This document shows, piece after piece, positions 12,801 to 24,661 of a stretch of 64,000 nucleotides of DNA. A program made the position numbers and the translations under genes. Every line of letters begins with the position of its first letter. Position 1 is the first letter of the stretch. The notes beneath the pieces were generated by a model, which had not been told where the DNA came from, did not search any database, and worked only from the letters and a program-made list of their open reading frames with translations. The stretch comes from Rebecca billardiae RCC1528 (taxonomy: Eukaryota > Protista > Haptophyta). The stretch lies in the NCBI GenBank assembly GCA_965240325.2, contig OZ251235.1:1302001-1366000 (forward strand). The letters are read 5' to 3'.

Positions 12801-14755
12801 TGATAACTTGATTAACCCACGGAGCAGAATCGGTGGACCCCGGAAAGCGGGTGATGAGCCACTACAAGTCTTTGCAACACGGTATGAAATCAATAGAGGG
12901 TTCGCCGTTCGCGAGACTTTACGGTTCATTTCGAGAAACCTCGCGCACCTCTCGGCAAAATTGCAACGCATGTCTGCTCGGCTCGTCAAGCAATCAAACA
13001 CCGCATCAACACAGTACATTGGACTTTACGACGCTTCGTCGAGTGCCAAGCTTCTCATACCTACAAGCTTGACCAAGGGAGTAGCCCACTTTCGGCGACT
13101 TGCTGGTAAGAAAAACACCTGAGGAGTCTGAAAAGTGATGAGAATCGGCGAAATTGAGCTTTGGTGATTGATTGCGTTGGGCGGAACGGCGGATCAAACT
13201 TCTGGTCCCTCGCGCGCCGAGTCGCGGTTATCTGGAACGATCATGGACTCCCCGAGTCCCCGCCCACCATGCGAGGCCTACAGTAGGCTCGCCGTTTCGT
13301 TCCGTGTGATCGCGTATCACGAACGGAAGACGACATGTCACAGCCCCTCGTTCCTCAATTGCCGTCTACTTTGTGGCCGAGCCGTCTGGTAGTAGCTGTT
13401 AGCGTAATGCCTGATGCGAATTGACGCGCGGCCAGGTCGCCGGTGTGCACACTCTCAGTCAGCGGGATTCCAGCCAGCTCGACTCCTTCAGAAGCGTACT
13501 CGCGCCACTAGCTGGTGGGACCGGGCCCGCTGCACCAACGACGTATGCCCGAATCCGCATGGCACCAAATCCTCCGAGCACGGTCATCCCGACAGTTCGC
13601 GCTGCGCAATGGTGCCTGACTGAGCCTGGGGTGCGCGTGCGCCTCTTGGATTACATTCTCAGTAAACTGTTGGTGATAAGCTCAGTACATAGTCGTGTGA
13701 GCTACTGCGTCGTCCTGCACCAGGAGCGACTGCGGACTTCGGACCGACAAGCTAGTGACCGACTCACCGACAGACCGGAGAGGCGGAGACTGACTGTGCT
13801 GGCTGGCTGACTGTCTGATACTCTGATGTCTCGGCGTCAGTCAGTCAGCGGTACAGTGTGTCCGTGCCAGGCCGTCTCCCGGCTCCCGCGGGTCCCGGAC
13901 CGCGGCCGTCTCGGACTCTCGGAGTAGGTTGCCACTAGTTCGGCAGCGGGCAACGGGCTGTCCGTCACAAGGACGCGCAGTCACGACTCACTCACCCGTC
14001 GGCGTGGCTGTGGTGGACGTTCTATCTAGCCACGACTGGTCACACTGCATCATGCAACGCAGGCTGATCAATGACGTCAGGCTCGGAAAGTGCGAACACA
14101 GGTGACTCGTGTACGGGTACGGCCGTGTGCCGTGTGGCGTGTCCACGCCCTATCCCCCGTTACGCGCCGGCCGGGCGGGCCGGCCCGGGACCGGCCACCG
14201 CCTCCGCGCCGCGGGGCCCAACCAAGGCCGCACCGGCGCGCCCCGGCGGTCAACACGACGGCCTGGCGGCGCCCGCTGCTGCCGGCCTCCGAGCAGCGAG
14301 GGCGCAGCCAGTCTCCCTCTGGCAGGCCGGCGTGGCAGCTTTCTTAGTCTGAGGGAGCTGGCTCAGCGCTTGCAAAAGCGGGCCGCAGTCGCTGCCGTCC
14401 GCTCTCAGCCGCGGGGCAAAGCGGCCAGTAGCGCGGCAAGTACTACTAGTCTACTAGTCTACTACTGCAACTCATCATACGACACTGTATTCTGTAAGTA
14501 AGCGTCGCGGGACTGCCACCGGAGTACCGGACAGCACTCACAGCAGACTACGTGTACGAACGACTGGCTGTCTTTCGCCACTAGACGTGAACCTCTAACT
14601 CTGAGGCCTGCTGCCCTGCTAGCAACTACAGCCTACAGCCTACAGGAGCCCTTCCGGCGGCGCTACCATCGGCGACGGCTTCATGGGCGGTGACAGTTGG
14701 CGGGCGTCAATCTCGCCTGCCTGAGCTGTGTGCGTCTCTTATTCTTAGTAAACCG
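9803..14755. mobile_element. Putative Tc1/pogo-type element (55-bp TIRs, TA on both sides) enclosing a MYB gene; no transposase seen
   Basis: 9803-9857 and the reverse complement of 14701-14755 match at 53/55 positions. TA at 9801-9802 and 14756-14757. Confidence 0.55.
11448..12387 (+). CDS. Single-repeat MYB transcription factor with P/Q/H-rich N-terminus and CxxC...HxC knuckle (exons 11448-11579, 11704-12387; 271 aa)
   Basis: WTAAEDHII...FGCKWHVICTLVPGRTVASVRNRW and YRCGRCGQPKRGHVC. The GTGCGC...CGCAG intron joins the two frames. Confidence 0.88.
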
Positions 14756-15327
14756 TACCGGGTTTTCTACACTCACTCGTGAAGGCCTGAAGCACCGTGG
14801 GTGGCGGGCCGCGCCCGCCCGCTGCGCGGGCGCGCGGCGCCCCGTGGGCTGCGGCGCTGATTTACTTGAAGCCCGCGCGCTGCCCGGCGCGCACGTAAGT
14901 ACTGCCAGCCGTCAATGCTGGGCGGAATCACTGACGAATGGCCCCGCCGCGCCGGTCGGCGGTCGGGCCACTGCGCCGGGCGGCGTCGCCCGCCGGTGCG
15001 GCGTGCCGGCTGCGCAGGGCGCTGCTAATAATGCGTGGAGTGCGGTGCCGCGGCGCTCAGTGCGGCCGGGCGCTGCTGGCCGGCCGCCGCGTCAGTCAGT
15101 CGTCAGACCGTCACTCAGCAACCGGCGGACTAATAGTACATTAAATAGGTCGGGCGGCGACCGCAGCACTGCCGGCAGTGCCACCCTTACAGTTACAGTG
15201 ATGTCTAATTTAATTATAACGACTACACAACGTAACTACACAATAATAATCCGCGCATCAGCGGTCCCCGCGCCTTATAATAGTTATAATTATATGTTTG
15301 ACGACGTGCCACGTGGCACATATATAA

Positions 15328-16152
15328 TGTTGAGCTGACGAGGCCAGGGGCGCGCATCTCAGCAGATGGCGTCGCCGGCGGTGAGTCAGGGCCGGTGCTG
15401 CAGCAGGCAGACCGGCGGCGCAGCTGCTGCAGAGCAGCAGTGCGGATGAACTGGCACAGTCTGGGGCACGCATCTCAGCAGATGGCGTTGCCGCTGGGGT
15501 GTCAGGGCTGGCGCCGCATCAGGCGGGCCGGCGGCAGCAGCTGCTGCGGAGCAGTGGCTGGCAGCGCGCGCGTCCAGGACGCGCGCGGCAGCAGACGCGC
15601 GAGCGCGGAGCAGCGCGGGCGCAGCGGCGCGGGCGCGGAGCAGCGCGGGCGCAGCGGCGCGGGAGCGCGGAGCAGCGCGGGGCGCGCGGAGCAGCGCGGA
15701 GCGCGCGGAGCAGCGCGGAGCAGCGCGGAGCAGCGCGGAGCAGCGCGGAGCAGCGCGGAGCAGCGCGGAGCAGCGCGGAGCAGCGCGGGCGTCATGCTGG
15801 TACACTGGATTTGTCCAAGGAAAGCAGGTGAGCAGCACCGGACATGGACGAGAAGCAGTGGTACAAAGTTGAGCGGCAACAGGACGGACGGTGCGATCGC
15901 CGATTGGCTGATCGCGGCAAAATCTGGGTAAGTCGGCACGGCGATGATACTACCGCCCCGAGCCCAGGAGCGATCGGAGCTCGATCGCTGTTTTGGCCCG
16001 GCGCAAGAGCGCCGGAAATAAGGGCCAGGTTCAGAGGCTTGAGAGCTGATGAGATCGCGAGGCATGTGATCCTCGCGGTGGCGTCCGTCCTGTCGTGCGC
16101 GGTGAGCTTTTAGCAGGGCTCGAGACGCTCGGAGCTTGCGGTAATCCCAATA
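15328..16152 (+). repeat. 5' LTR (825 bp) containing a (GCGGAGCAGC)n minisatellite
   Basis: Near-identical to 19263-20077; one 10-bp unit longer. Confidence 0.95.
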
Positions 16153-17682
16153 TGCGCGCAGCAACCCCAGGGAGGGAGTTGTCCGCACTGTCCTTTCTCA
16201 TCGATTGGGCTGATGGGCACGAGCGGCCGCGGTTGCAGGATGGGCGGAACGAGGAACTCTGGCGTCGCATGGAATGCAGCAGAGGTTCCTGGCCGAGAGC
16301 GCGGGCAAACTGGCGACGCTCTCGATGGGGCATGGCGCTACGATGCCAGGGATCATCGGCATCATCTCCGCGCATGGCCCGGACGCGGAACTTCGCGTCG
16401 ATTGGGAGGAACAGTACCTGTCGGTGATGAGCCCGACACGACAGCCTCCCGGAAGCTCACGATTGGATCTGAGCGGATGCAGCTGGTGCAGGAGAACTAC
16501 TGCGTGCAGCGGCGGATGACTGAGCAGCGCTACTGGCACGATCGGCGCGAGCACGCACCCCGAGCGCCGGGTGGCTGCACGGCAGCTGACGGCGGCGACG
16601 GCGGGCTCGGCGATCTACTCGGAGGGGCTGGCTCATCAACCTGTCCGGTGGTCTAGGGCACCGGATGGCGGCTGGCAGCTGGACTGGGTTTTGCGGTCCG
16701 GCTGGCACGGCTGGCACGACCGGACTGGACACAGGTCCGGCGGTTGGCACACCCGGATCTATCGGAATCGTCCGGGTGGAATCTGGCGACACGAGCGCCG
16801 TTACGGCGGCGGGCAGTGCTTGGCACTGGTCCTACGCCGGCAGCTGACGCGAGGCGCAGCTGGCAGTGCCACCGAGATGGCGGCGCTGGCGCGACTGTTG
16901 AGTCGCGGGAATCGCGCGCGCGCGAGGCGCGAGCGCGGGATCATGACGGGGCGGCGCAGCGGTGCCGAGACTACGTCTGCAGCTGACGCGAGGCGCAGCT
17001 GGCAGTGCCGCCGAGACGGCGGCGCTGGCGCGATCTTTGAGTCGCGGTATCCGCGCGCGCGCAAGGCGCGAGTGCGGGGTGACGGCGGGGCAGTGCATGG
17101 CACTCGGCCCACGCCGGGAGGTTCAGCTCGATTCCATGCTGCGGGCCGAGATCATTCGGCGGCAGGTGGGGACCCGACGCTGAGGCGTCGGAAGCACACG
17201 CACGGCGCAGGACGCCGGTGCGGCGTGTGTGCGCGCAGCAGCGCGCGGCAGTGGCTCGGCGGCGCTGGGCGCACCGAACCAGGTGGTCGTACGCCCGGTG
17301 GTGGCGGCGGCACCCACACGTCCACGCACGAAGCTCATCGCCTGGCTCAGGCGGCGGTGGCGACGGCGGGGATCGTGGCGGCGGCCAAGACGGCGGAGAG
17401 ATACCGACTGGCTGCGAGGGCGGAGGAGGCAGCGGCGGCGGCGATCAGCGCGCGCCGCGCGCGGAGCAGCTCCGTGGCTTCAACGTACTCTGGTACGTAT
17501 GTCGTGTAGACGACGGACGTCTCTTCACTTGCGTGACGTACGCATCGACGAGACCGACCTGGTCGAGGGGGGGCACTCGTCGCTGGGCGCACCTGACGGT
17601 GGCGCGTACGTGGGTGATGGTGACGGCGCCGCGGTAAGCGGCGGACATCGTCCAGTCGGCGGTGACGCCGACGGTGAGGACG

Positions 17683-18600
17683 AGGACGGCGACGGCGGCG
17701 AGCAGCCAGCCGACGCCGGGAATGACGACGCGACAGAGTTCGACGTCGGGTACGACGACGACGCAGATGCGTCAACGTCGGGGCGCGGGCGCAGCAGCGT
17801 GGACGCGGGACAGCGCGGGTGCAGCAGCGCGGGCGCGGATGACGGCGACGGCGGCGAGCAGCCAGCCGACGCCGGGAATGACGACGCGACAGAGTTCGAC
17901 GTCGGGTACGACGACGACGCAGATGCGTCAACGTCGGGGCGCGGGCGCAGCAGCGTGGACGCGGGACAGCGCGGGTGCAGCAGCGCGGGCGCACAGCCGT
18001 CGACGCCGACGCCGCAGGGCGGGCGTGGCGGGACAGGCGCGTCGATGACGCAGCCGGGTCGGCAGGGTCAGATACCGCCGGCGGAATCACGGCGCGGGGC
18101 CGCAGCAGATGCTGGCGGGCCGCCGCGCGGCGCAGGACGATGACGGCGACGGCGGCGAGCCGCCGGCCGACGCCGGTGACGACGACGCGACGGAGTTCGA
18201 CGTCAGGAACGACGGCGACGCAGATGCGTCGGCGTCGGCGCGCGAGCGCGGCAGCGCGGACGCGGAACAGCGCGCGGGCGCGGCAGCGCGGGCGCGGAAC
18301 AGCGCGCGGGCGCAGCAGCGCGGGCGCGGAACAGCGCGCGAGCGCAGCAGCGCGGGCGCGGAGCGCGCAGGCGCGGCAGCGCAGGTGCGGAACAGCGCAC
18401 GGGCGCGGCAGCGCAGGCGCGGAACAGCGCGCGGGCGCAGCAGCGCGTGCGCACAGCCGTCGACGCCGACGCCGCAGGGCGGGCGTGGCGGAGCAGGCGC
18501 GTCAGCGACACAGCCTGGGTCGGCAGGGTCGGATCCCGCCGACGGAATCCCGGCGCGGGGCCGCAGCAGATGCTGGCGGGCCGCCGCGTAGCACAGGTGC
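17683..18600 (+). repeat. Internal tandem duplications in the LTR element (approx. 155-bp units and CAGCGCGGGCGCG-type repeats)
   Basis: GACGGCGACGGCGGCGAGC...GAGTTCGACGTC unit at about 17684, 17841 and 18143. Confidence 0.85.
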
Positions 18601-18949
18601 GCGGGCGCAGCAGCGCGGGCGCGGGTCAGCGCTGGCGCAGCAGCGCGGGCGCACGGGCGCACAGCCGCCGATGCCGCAGGCCGGCGATCGGGGCGGTGCG
18701 GGCGCGCCATGGGCGCAGTCGCACTGGTGGTATGAGATACCACCGGCGCAACTTTGGCGCGGGACCGCCGCGCAGATGCGGGCGGGTTGCCGCGGGTCGC
18801 AGAGGCGATCGATGGCGGGCTCGAGCGATTCGGCACGAACGCGAGCACGCGGATACGGCTGCCAGAGGCAGCGGCGCGCGCGAGGCTGACCGACGCGGAC
18901 AAGGCGTTGGTCCAGCGCGCGGAGATTGACGAGCTCGACGACTTGCTCA

Positions 18950-19268
18950 CTTTGGGTGACTCTGTTTGGTCTAACAACCCAGGGGAATCCGGGTGGAGGT
19001 CGACGGGTGGCTGCATCATTGTCTTCTACAATGGATCGCCGGTGTCGTGGCACAGCAGCGGGCTGCAGGTTATGGCCCAGCTGAGCTCGACGGAGGCGGA
19101 GTACGTGGCGTGAGGTCAATGTACCACGCCGACATCATGACGAAGGCGACGGACGACGCTGCTACGTTTGAGTGGCACGTCGACGCCATCATGGTGTGCG
19201 ACACCCGACGCGCGCGCGATGAGCGGTGCTACTCGCTCGCGGCTATGGCTGTCGAGGGGGGGTGTTGA
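18950..19268 (+). pseudogene. Copia pol RNase H remnant
   Basis: DSVW...RSTGGCIIVFYNGSPVSWHS..QVMAQLSSTEAEYVA* followed by ADIMTK in another frame; matches the copia RH motifs. Confidence 0.85.
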
Positions 19269-20077
19269 GCTGACGAGGCCAGGGGCGCGCATCTCAGCAG
19301 ATGGCGTCGCCGGCGGTGAGTCAGGGCCGGTGCTGCAGCAGGCAGACCGGCGGCGCAGCTGCTGCAGAGCAGCAGTGCGGATGAACTGGCACAGTCTGGG
19401 GCACGCATCTCAGCAGATGGCGTTGCCGCTGGGGTGTCAGGGCTGGCGCCGCATCAGGCGGGCCGGCGGCAGCAGCTGCTGCGGAGCAGTGGCTGGCAGC
19501 GCGCGCGTCCAGGACGCGCGCGGCAGCAGACGCGCGAGCGCGGAGCAGCGCGGGCGCAGCGGCGCGGGCGCGGAGCAGCGCGGGCGCAGCGGCGCGGGAG
19601 CGCGGAGCAGCGCGGGGCGCGCGGAGCAGCGCGGAGCGCGCGGAGCAGCGCGGAGCAGCGCGGAGCAGCGCGGAGCAGCGCGGAGCAGCGCGGAGCAGCG
19701 CGGAGCAGCGCGGGCGTCATGCTGGTACACTGGATTTGTCCAAGGAAAGCAGGTGAGCAGCACCGGACATGGACGAGAAGCAGTGGTACAAAGTTGAGCG
19801 GCAACAGGACGGACGGTGCGATCGCCGATTGGCTGATCGCGGCAAAATCTGGGTAAGTCGGCACGGCGATGATACTACCGCCCCGAGCCCAGGAGCGATC
19901 GGAGCTCGATCGCTGTTTTGGCCCGGCGCAAGAGCGCCGGAAATAAGGGCCAGGTTCAGAGGCTTGAGAGCTGATGAGATCGCGAGGCATGTGATCCTCG
20001 CGGTGGCGTCCGTCCTGTCGTGCGCGGTGAGCTTTTAGCAGGGCTCGAGACGCTCGGAGCTTGCGGTAATCCCAATA
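19263..20077 (+). repeat. 3' LTR (815 bp)
   Basis: Matches the 5' LTR. Confidence 0.95.
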
Positions 20078-20369
20078 TATAATATTCTGCGCACCAATTA
20101 ATATTGGAAACAATTACATCATCAGCTCTGAGCCAACACTAGTTACTTAAGCAGCCGAATGGGCAGGGTCACCACTCACCTGACTCAGAGTACTCAGACT
20201 CAATGACTTGTCACGGAACTTGTTATCACCTCCGATTAGACCGTATCAGAGTGACTCGGACTAACTCGTCGTCCTAATTTTACTATATATATATATATAT
20301 ATATATCCGAAGGTAAAACTAATAGTCGTCTGAATTATTAGAATATTTATAACTTACTGGTTACCGTTA

Positions 20370-22509
20370 CACCTTGAAAAAGGGCGCAGGGGGTTCGTGG
20401 CATCTCAAGAGCGGTTCTCCTACTTGAAAAGCAAGCCTCAGCCCTGGAATCTCCATAAGTCAGCAGCCATATGCGAAAAAGAAGCCTATTGCGGAGGCAA
20501 CCAATCAAAAGGGCCAAATCGATTTACTCAAGATTCCGGCGAGGCAAGTAATGCGGGTAGGCGCAACGGCGCTGTCTCATTGGTCAGCCATTTGCTATCA
20601 TTCCCTCCCGGCATCCAATCATCTGCAACTGCTCTACGAAGAACAAGGGGCCCGGTCACTTTCGCAAGCTGCGCTCGTCGGAAAGCGGGCGGTCGCCCCT
20701 CTCCGAGCAAGCGAGGGTACCCCGGGCCGGGGGGGGGGCTGGGCCACGCATCGCGTGAGGTCGTGCAGCCGTTCCGTTGCCCTGCTGCGGGCGTGTGCTG
20801 CCTGGGCTGCGGCAGATCAGCACTGTGCTTCAGCCTGCCCCGCAAGTGCTCCTCCTTGACACCGTCTCCGAGTCTGGAAGCCGTGCGCGCGGGTCCCGCG
20901 CGCCCGGTCAATGTTTTGGGTGTGTCGGTATGGTGCAAGCGTGCGCGCGCATGATGCGCGACACCGTGAGTCGGCGTCGCAACTGCCATGTCCGTGAATG
21001 TAGCTCTTCGTGGGCGCATGGTGGGTATCCCCCCGAAGTCCGCCGACGCATTCACTCGCAGTGGCACGAGGGCTTGCGCGCTCCCTCTCTCAGCCGGCGG
21101 TCCGAGCTTTCCGCCCGTCTGCGCAGACGCGCAGGCGAGTACTGGCGAGAGCGCGTTGGGGCTGCTTGAGCTGCAGAACAGTACTATGCTTGCCTTCGCC
21201 GCACGCGCGCTCCTCCTTGACGACGTCTCAGCGTCTCAAAGCCATGCGCGCAGCCGCGCGCCACCCGTTGCGGACTCAAGGGCAGAAGCAGCCGATCAAT
21301 GACGAGCGACACTGTGGACTGCAGGCGTGACCATTACATGCGTATGCAGCCATTCCTTGGCACGCATTGCGCCACCAGAAGCGTATCCATCCGTAGAATT
21401 GTCGCGCACCAAAGGCGTGCACGCTCTCAAGCCCGGCGCCCTGTCAGTCCGCGCCGGTTCCCGCGAATCGGCCGCGGAAGTGATCACTGCAGGTCGTCAG
21501 CTCTCTGCACAGACGTGTGGGCCCATACTGGCGCGAATGATCGCGTGGTAATCATAGCTACGCTCGCCCACGTTCCACAGCGGATCACCCCCCTATATCT
21601 CTCACTATGCACGCGCACCGTCTCAGCGTCTCAAAGCCATGCGCGCCACCCGTTGCGGACAAGGGAGGGAAGCCGATCAGATCCGACTGATCAGCGGGGA
21701 GTGCGCACGCGCGTGATGAGCGACAGGGAGCACTGCAGGCGTGACCGCTACAGGCGAATGCAGCCTTACTTGGCGCATATTGAGCCACCTGGATCGCATC
21801 CACCCGTAGATTTGTCGCGCACCAAAGGCGTGCACGCTCTCAAGCCCGGCGCCGTCATTGAATCCGAGCCCGCGGTTCTGCGGATGGTCGTCTGCTCTCT
21901 GCACAGACGTGTGGGCCCAAGCTGGCGCGAAGGATCGCGCGGTAATCAGGGCTACGCTCGTCCACGTCCCAGAGCGGATCGACTCCCTATATCTCTCACT
22001 GTGCACTTCTCCCTACTGACCTGCTACCGCCGCCAATGACGGGCGAGACCGGTCTGCTTCCGCGACTTCGCGGTTGCACGCCGCCGCGACCAACCCTTCG
22101 AGACCCGCAGGCGGTGGGAAGGGAGAACGTTCGTAGGGCAGCGTCGCGCGTGATGCTGTTCTGCCGCAGCCCATGCAGCGCGCGCCCACTGCAGGGCAAC
22201 GCGGCGACGGACGCGTTTCGTGCGGCCCAGTACAACGGTGGCGGCGGACGGGCGAAGGGCAAAAAGCGCCGCCTCCGTCCTCCAACGAAGACCCACGCGG
22301 CTAGTAGTGAAAGGGTCCACTCCCGAAATCCCTTTGCTGGAGCTTGCGGATCTCCGGCTTCGGCGCCTATCGTCCGAGATTCGCACGCTTCCCAGCTGAA
22401 TATTGGCGCAGGTAAGTGCACCTTAGGCGATCAAAAAATGAGCCCCTATGCAGTTCACGTGAGGTTCTTTTTGCGTCGCCGCGCAGCCCGCCTGTCAGTT
22501 TTCAAGGTG
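20370..22509. mobile_element. Possible non-autonomous DNA element with 11-bp TIR CACCTTGAAAA and an internal approx. 395-bp diverged tandem duplication
   Basis: CACCTTGAAAA at 20370 and TTTTCAAGGTG at 22499-22509. Duplication at about 21225-21619 / 21620-22005. No clean TSD. Confidence 0.4.
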
Positions 22510-22900
22510 ACCTTACTCCTTAGCAGCGTGCGAGGCCACTTGCAGGCGCGCCTATATACGTATATCTATAGCGTCATCTATCATAGACACTGTCCGCCGT
22601 CCGGCCCGGCGCCGATCGCGACCGGAGCCGCTGCCAGTTGGCTGCTTCGCCGCAGGGGCCAGGGCGTCCGGCTCGGCTCGGCCGTGAAGTGCCCGGCTTC
22701 CTGAAGCCTCTCAGAGCATTGCCCCTGCAGGCTGCACATCCATCCTTGAGCACCCACGCACAACCCAGCTCATAGCTCAGCTGAGCCCAGCATCCAACCC
22801 AAGCGCAGCTCAGGCTTGGCGCCCCCTCGCGCGAGCGCCGCAGTCTGTGAAACGAGGCCAGGCGGCGTGTGCATGACTGACTCCTGCGCTGCGGGCTCGC

Positions 22901-23229
22901 TTAGTTCGCTGGAGGTTTCGAGAGCTCTGCTCGGAGCTGCTGAGTGAAATCTCCGTCAGCGTCGTCCTCGTCCCATCCGTCCTGCCACAGCTGCTGGTCC
23001 TCCGCATCCTCATCCGCCGCTACCCATGTCTCTTGCTCAAACTCCTCGAACTCGTCATCCTCCTCCAGCATGTCCTGCGCGCGGCGGCGCGGGGCAAGGC
23101 ATGGTCGGGTGTGCGCAGGGAGGAGCCGCTGAGATGCAGGCGCGTACGGCCGGGGACACGCAGCGCATCCATCCGCACCAGGTCCTCTTCCTTCGTCTTT
23201 GATGCTGGCTGCGCCGCGGCGACCGCCAT
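22901..23229 (-). CDS. SEM1: 26S proteasome subunit SEM1/DSS1 (exons 23229-23179, 23074-22901; 74 aa)
   Basis: Spliced product [17 protein letters not shown]|[17 protein letters not shown]...[23 protein letters not shown]. Hallmark DSS1 acidic motifs and a GT-AG intron. Missed by the ORF track. Confidence 0.93.
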
Positions 23230-23338
23230 GTCTTTACGCGTTGGGTGCTGAAAGCAGCCGCACCCGCGCGCGCGGCCCCTGGCGCTCTAGCTCTAGCTCG
23301 GGAGTGCGCAGCGCGGCTTACTTGTACTCGTGCGTATC

Positions 23339-24632
23339 CCACCCGTTCCAGAAAGGCGATTAGTTCGGACACGGTCCGGGAGCTCAAAAGGTGCAAGTTG
23401 CACCTTTTGAGCTCCCGGACCACAGTGGGAGCACGCGGGGCCGCGGCCGTTGAGAAGGGGCGGGGGCGGGCGGGCGACGTCGACGTCGCGGCGTTCCACG
23501 CGCTCTGCTGTCGATGACTTGCTGTTGGCGGCGCGCGCCGCGCTGGCGAGGTGGCTCGGGCCCATGCGTGCCTTCGAGCGCCCGGCGACCGCGCGCGCAT
23601 CGGCTTCCTCCGCCTGCGAGTCGCCCGCGGCCGCGACCGCCGCCCGCTTTGAGTGGGTTGACTGCGCCCGAGCCTGCTCGCCGCCGAGCGCAGGGATGAG
23701 TCGAGCGCGGCGCGAGGCGGCGATCGTGATCGGGCGATCGTGTGCGCCCATATGCGCCCCATCTGCCACGGCGCGACCGCTTCAGCGTGCGTATGTCACC
23801 CCACTTGTCAGGGATGTCGGGTAGCAGGCGAGCACCGTCGGCCAGTGTGTCCGCCCGCGCCGCGTGCGCACAGGGCCATACGACGCGGAAACACGTCACA
23901 ACCGGCATCAGTGCATGGCCATGGCCGTGTACAGCCCCGCGTGGGCCACCAAGGTCATGCCATCCACTGCTCTGCCAGCTCGCAACGTGCGTCAATGCTG
24001 ACGACAACTCTGGTCGAGAAGAAGTTGCTTCTTGAGTTCTGTCACAGTGGTGCACACGGCATCAGTGGACGTCCCCATGACTACGGATGCGGACCAACCG
24101 TGCCCGCCAGCTTGCGTAGCGAAGACATCACGAGACGCCACGGAGCGACATCCGACGCGTAGAGCCCTTCGCGCACGCGGCGCGGGCGGACACGCTGGCC
24201 GACAGAGCTCGCCCGCTCCCCGACATGCCTGACAAGTGGGGTCACATACGCACGCTGAAGCTGTCGCGCCGTGGCAAATAGGGCGCAGATGGGCGCATGC
24301 GATCGCCCGATCGTGATCGCCGCCTCGCGCCGCGCTCAACTCATCCCTGCGCTCGGCCGCGAGCAGACTCGGGCGCAGTCAACCCCCTCGAAGCGGGCGG
24401 CCGCCGCGGGCGCGGGCGACTTGCAGGCGGAGGAAGCCGATGCGCGCGCGGTCGCCAGGCGCTCAAAGGCGCGCATGGGTCCGAGCCATCCCGCCCGCGC
24501 GGCGCGCGCCGCCCAAGTCACGCATATCTCGGTCCGCACGTCGGCCACGCGCCCACCTGTTCGCCATCCTTCCGCCAGTCCGCCACCAGCCGGGGCGCCT
24601 GGCGGCGGAACAACACCCCGTGGAACGGGTGG
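23339..24632. mobile_element. Foldback-type MITE, copy A
   Basis: 12-bp TIR CCACCCGTTCCA/TGGAACGGGTGG with ATC on both flanks. Internal inverted arms at about 23530-23870 / 24172-24513. Homologous to 50838-52148. Confidence 0.85.
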
Positions 24633-24661
24633 ATCGGCAGTACGCGCCGGCAACGGGCGTC

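Larger units (their letters stand above)
15328..20077 (+). mobile_element. Non-autonomous Ty1/copia LTR retrotransposon with TATAA target-site duplication
   Basis: LTRs 15328-16152 and 19263-20077, both TGTTG...CAATA. TATAA on both flanks. G-run PPT before the 3' LTR. Copia RNase H remnant inside. Confidence 0.93.

Noticed and set aside
19068-19082. GGTTATGGCCCAG resembling a copia half-tRNA primer site
   Set aside because: It lies within the RNase H remnant, far from the 5' LTR.
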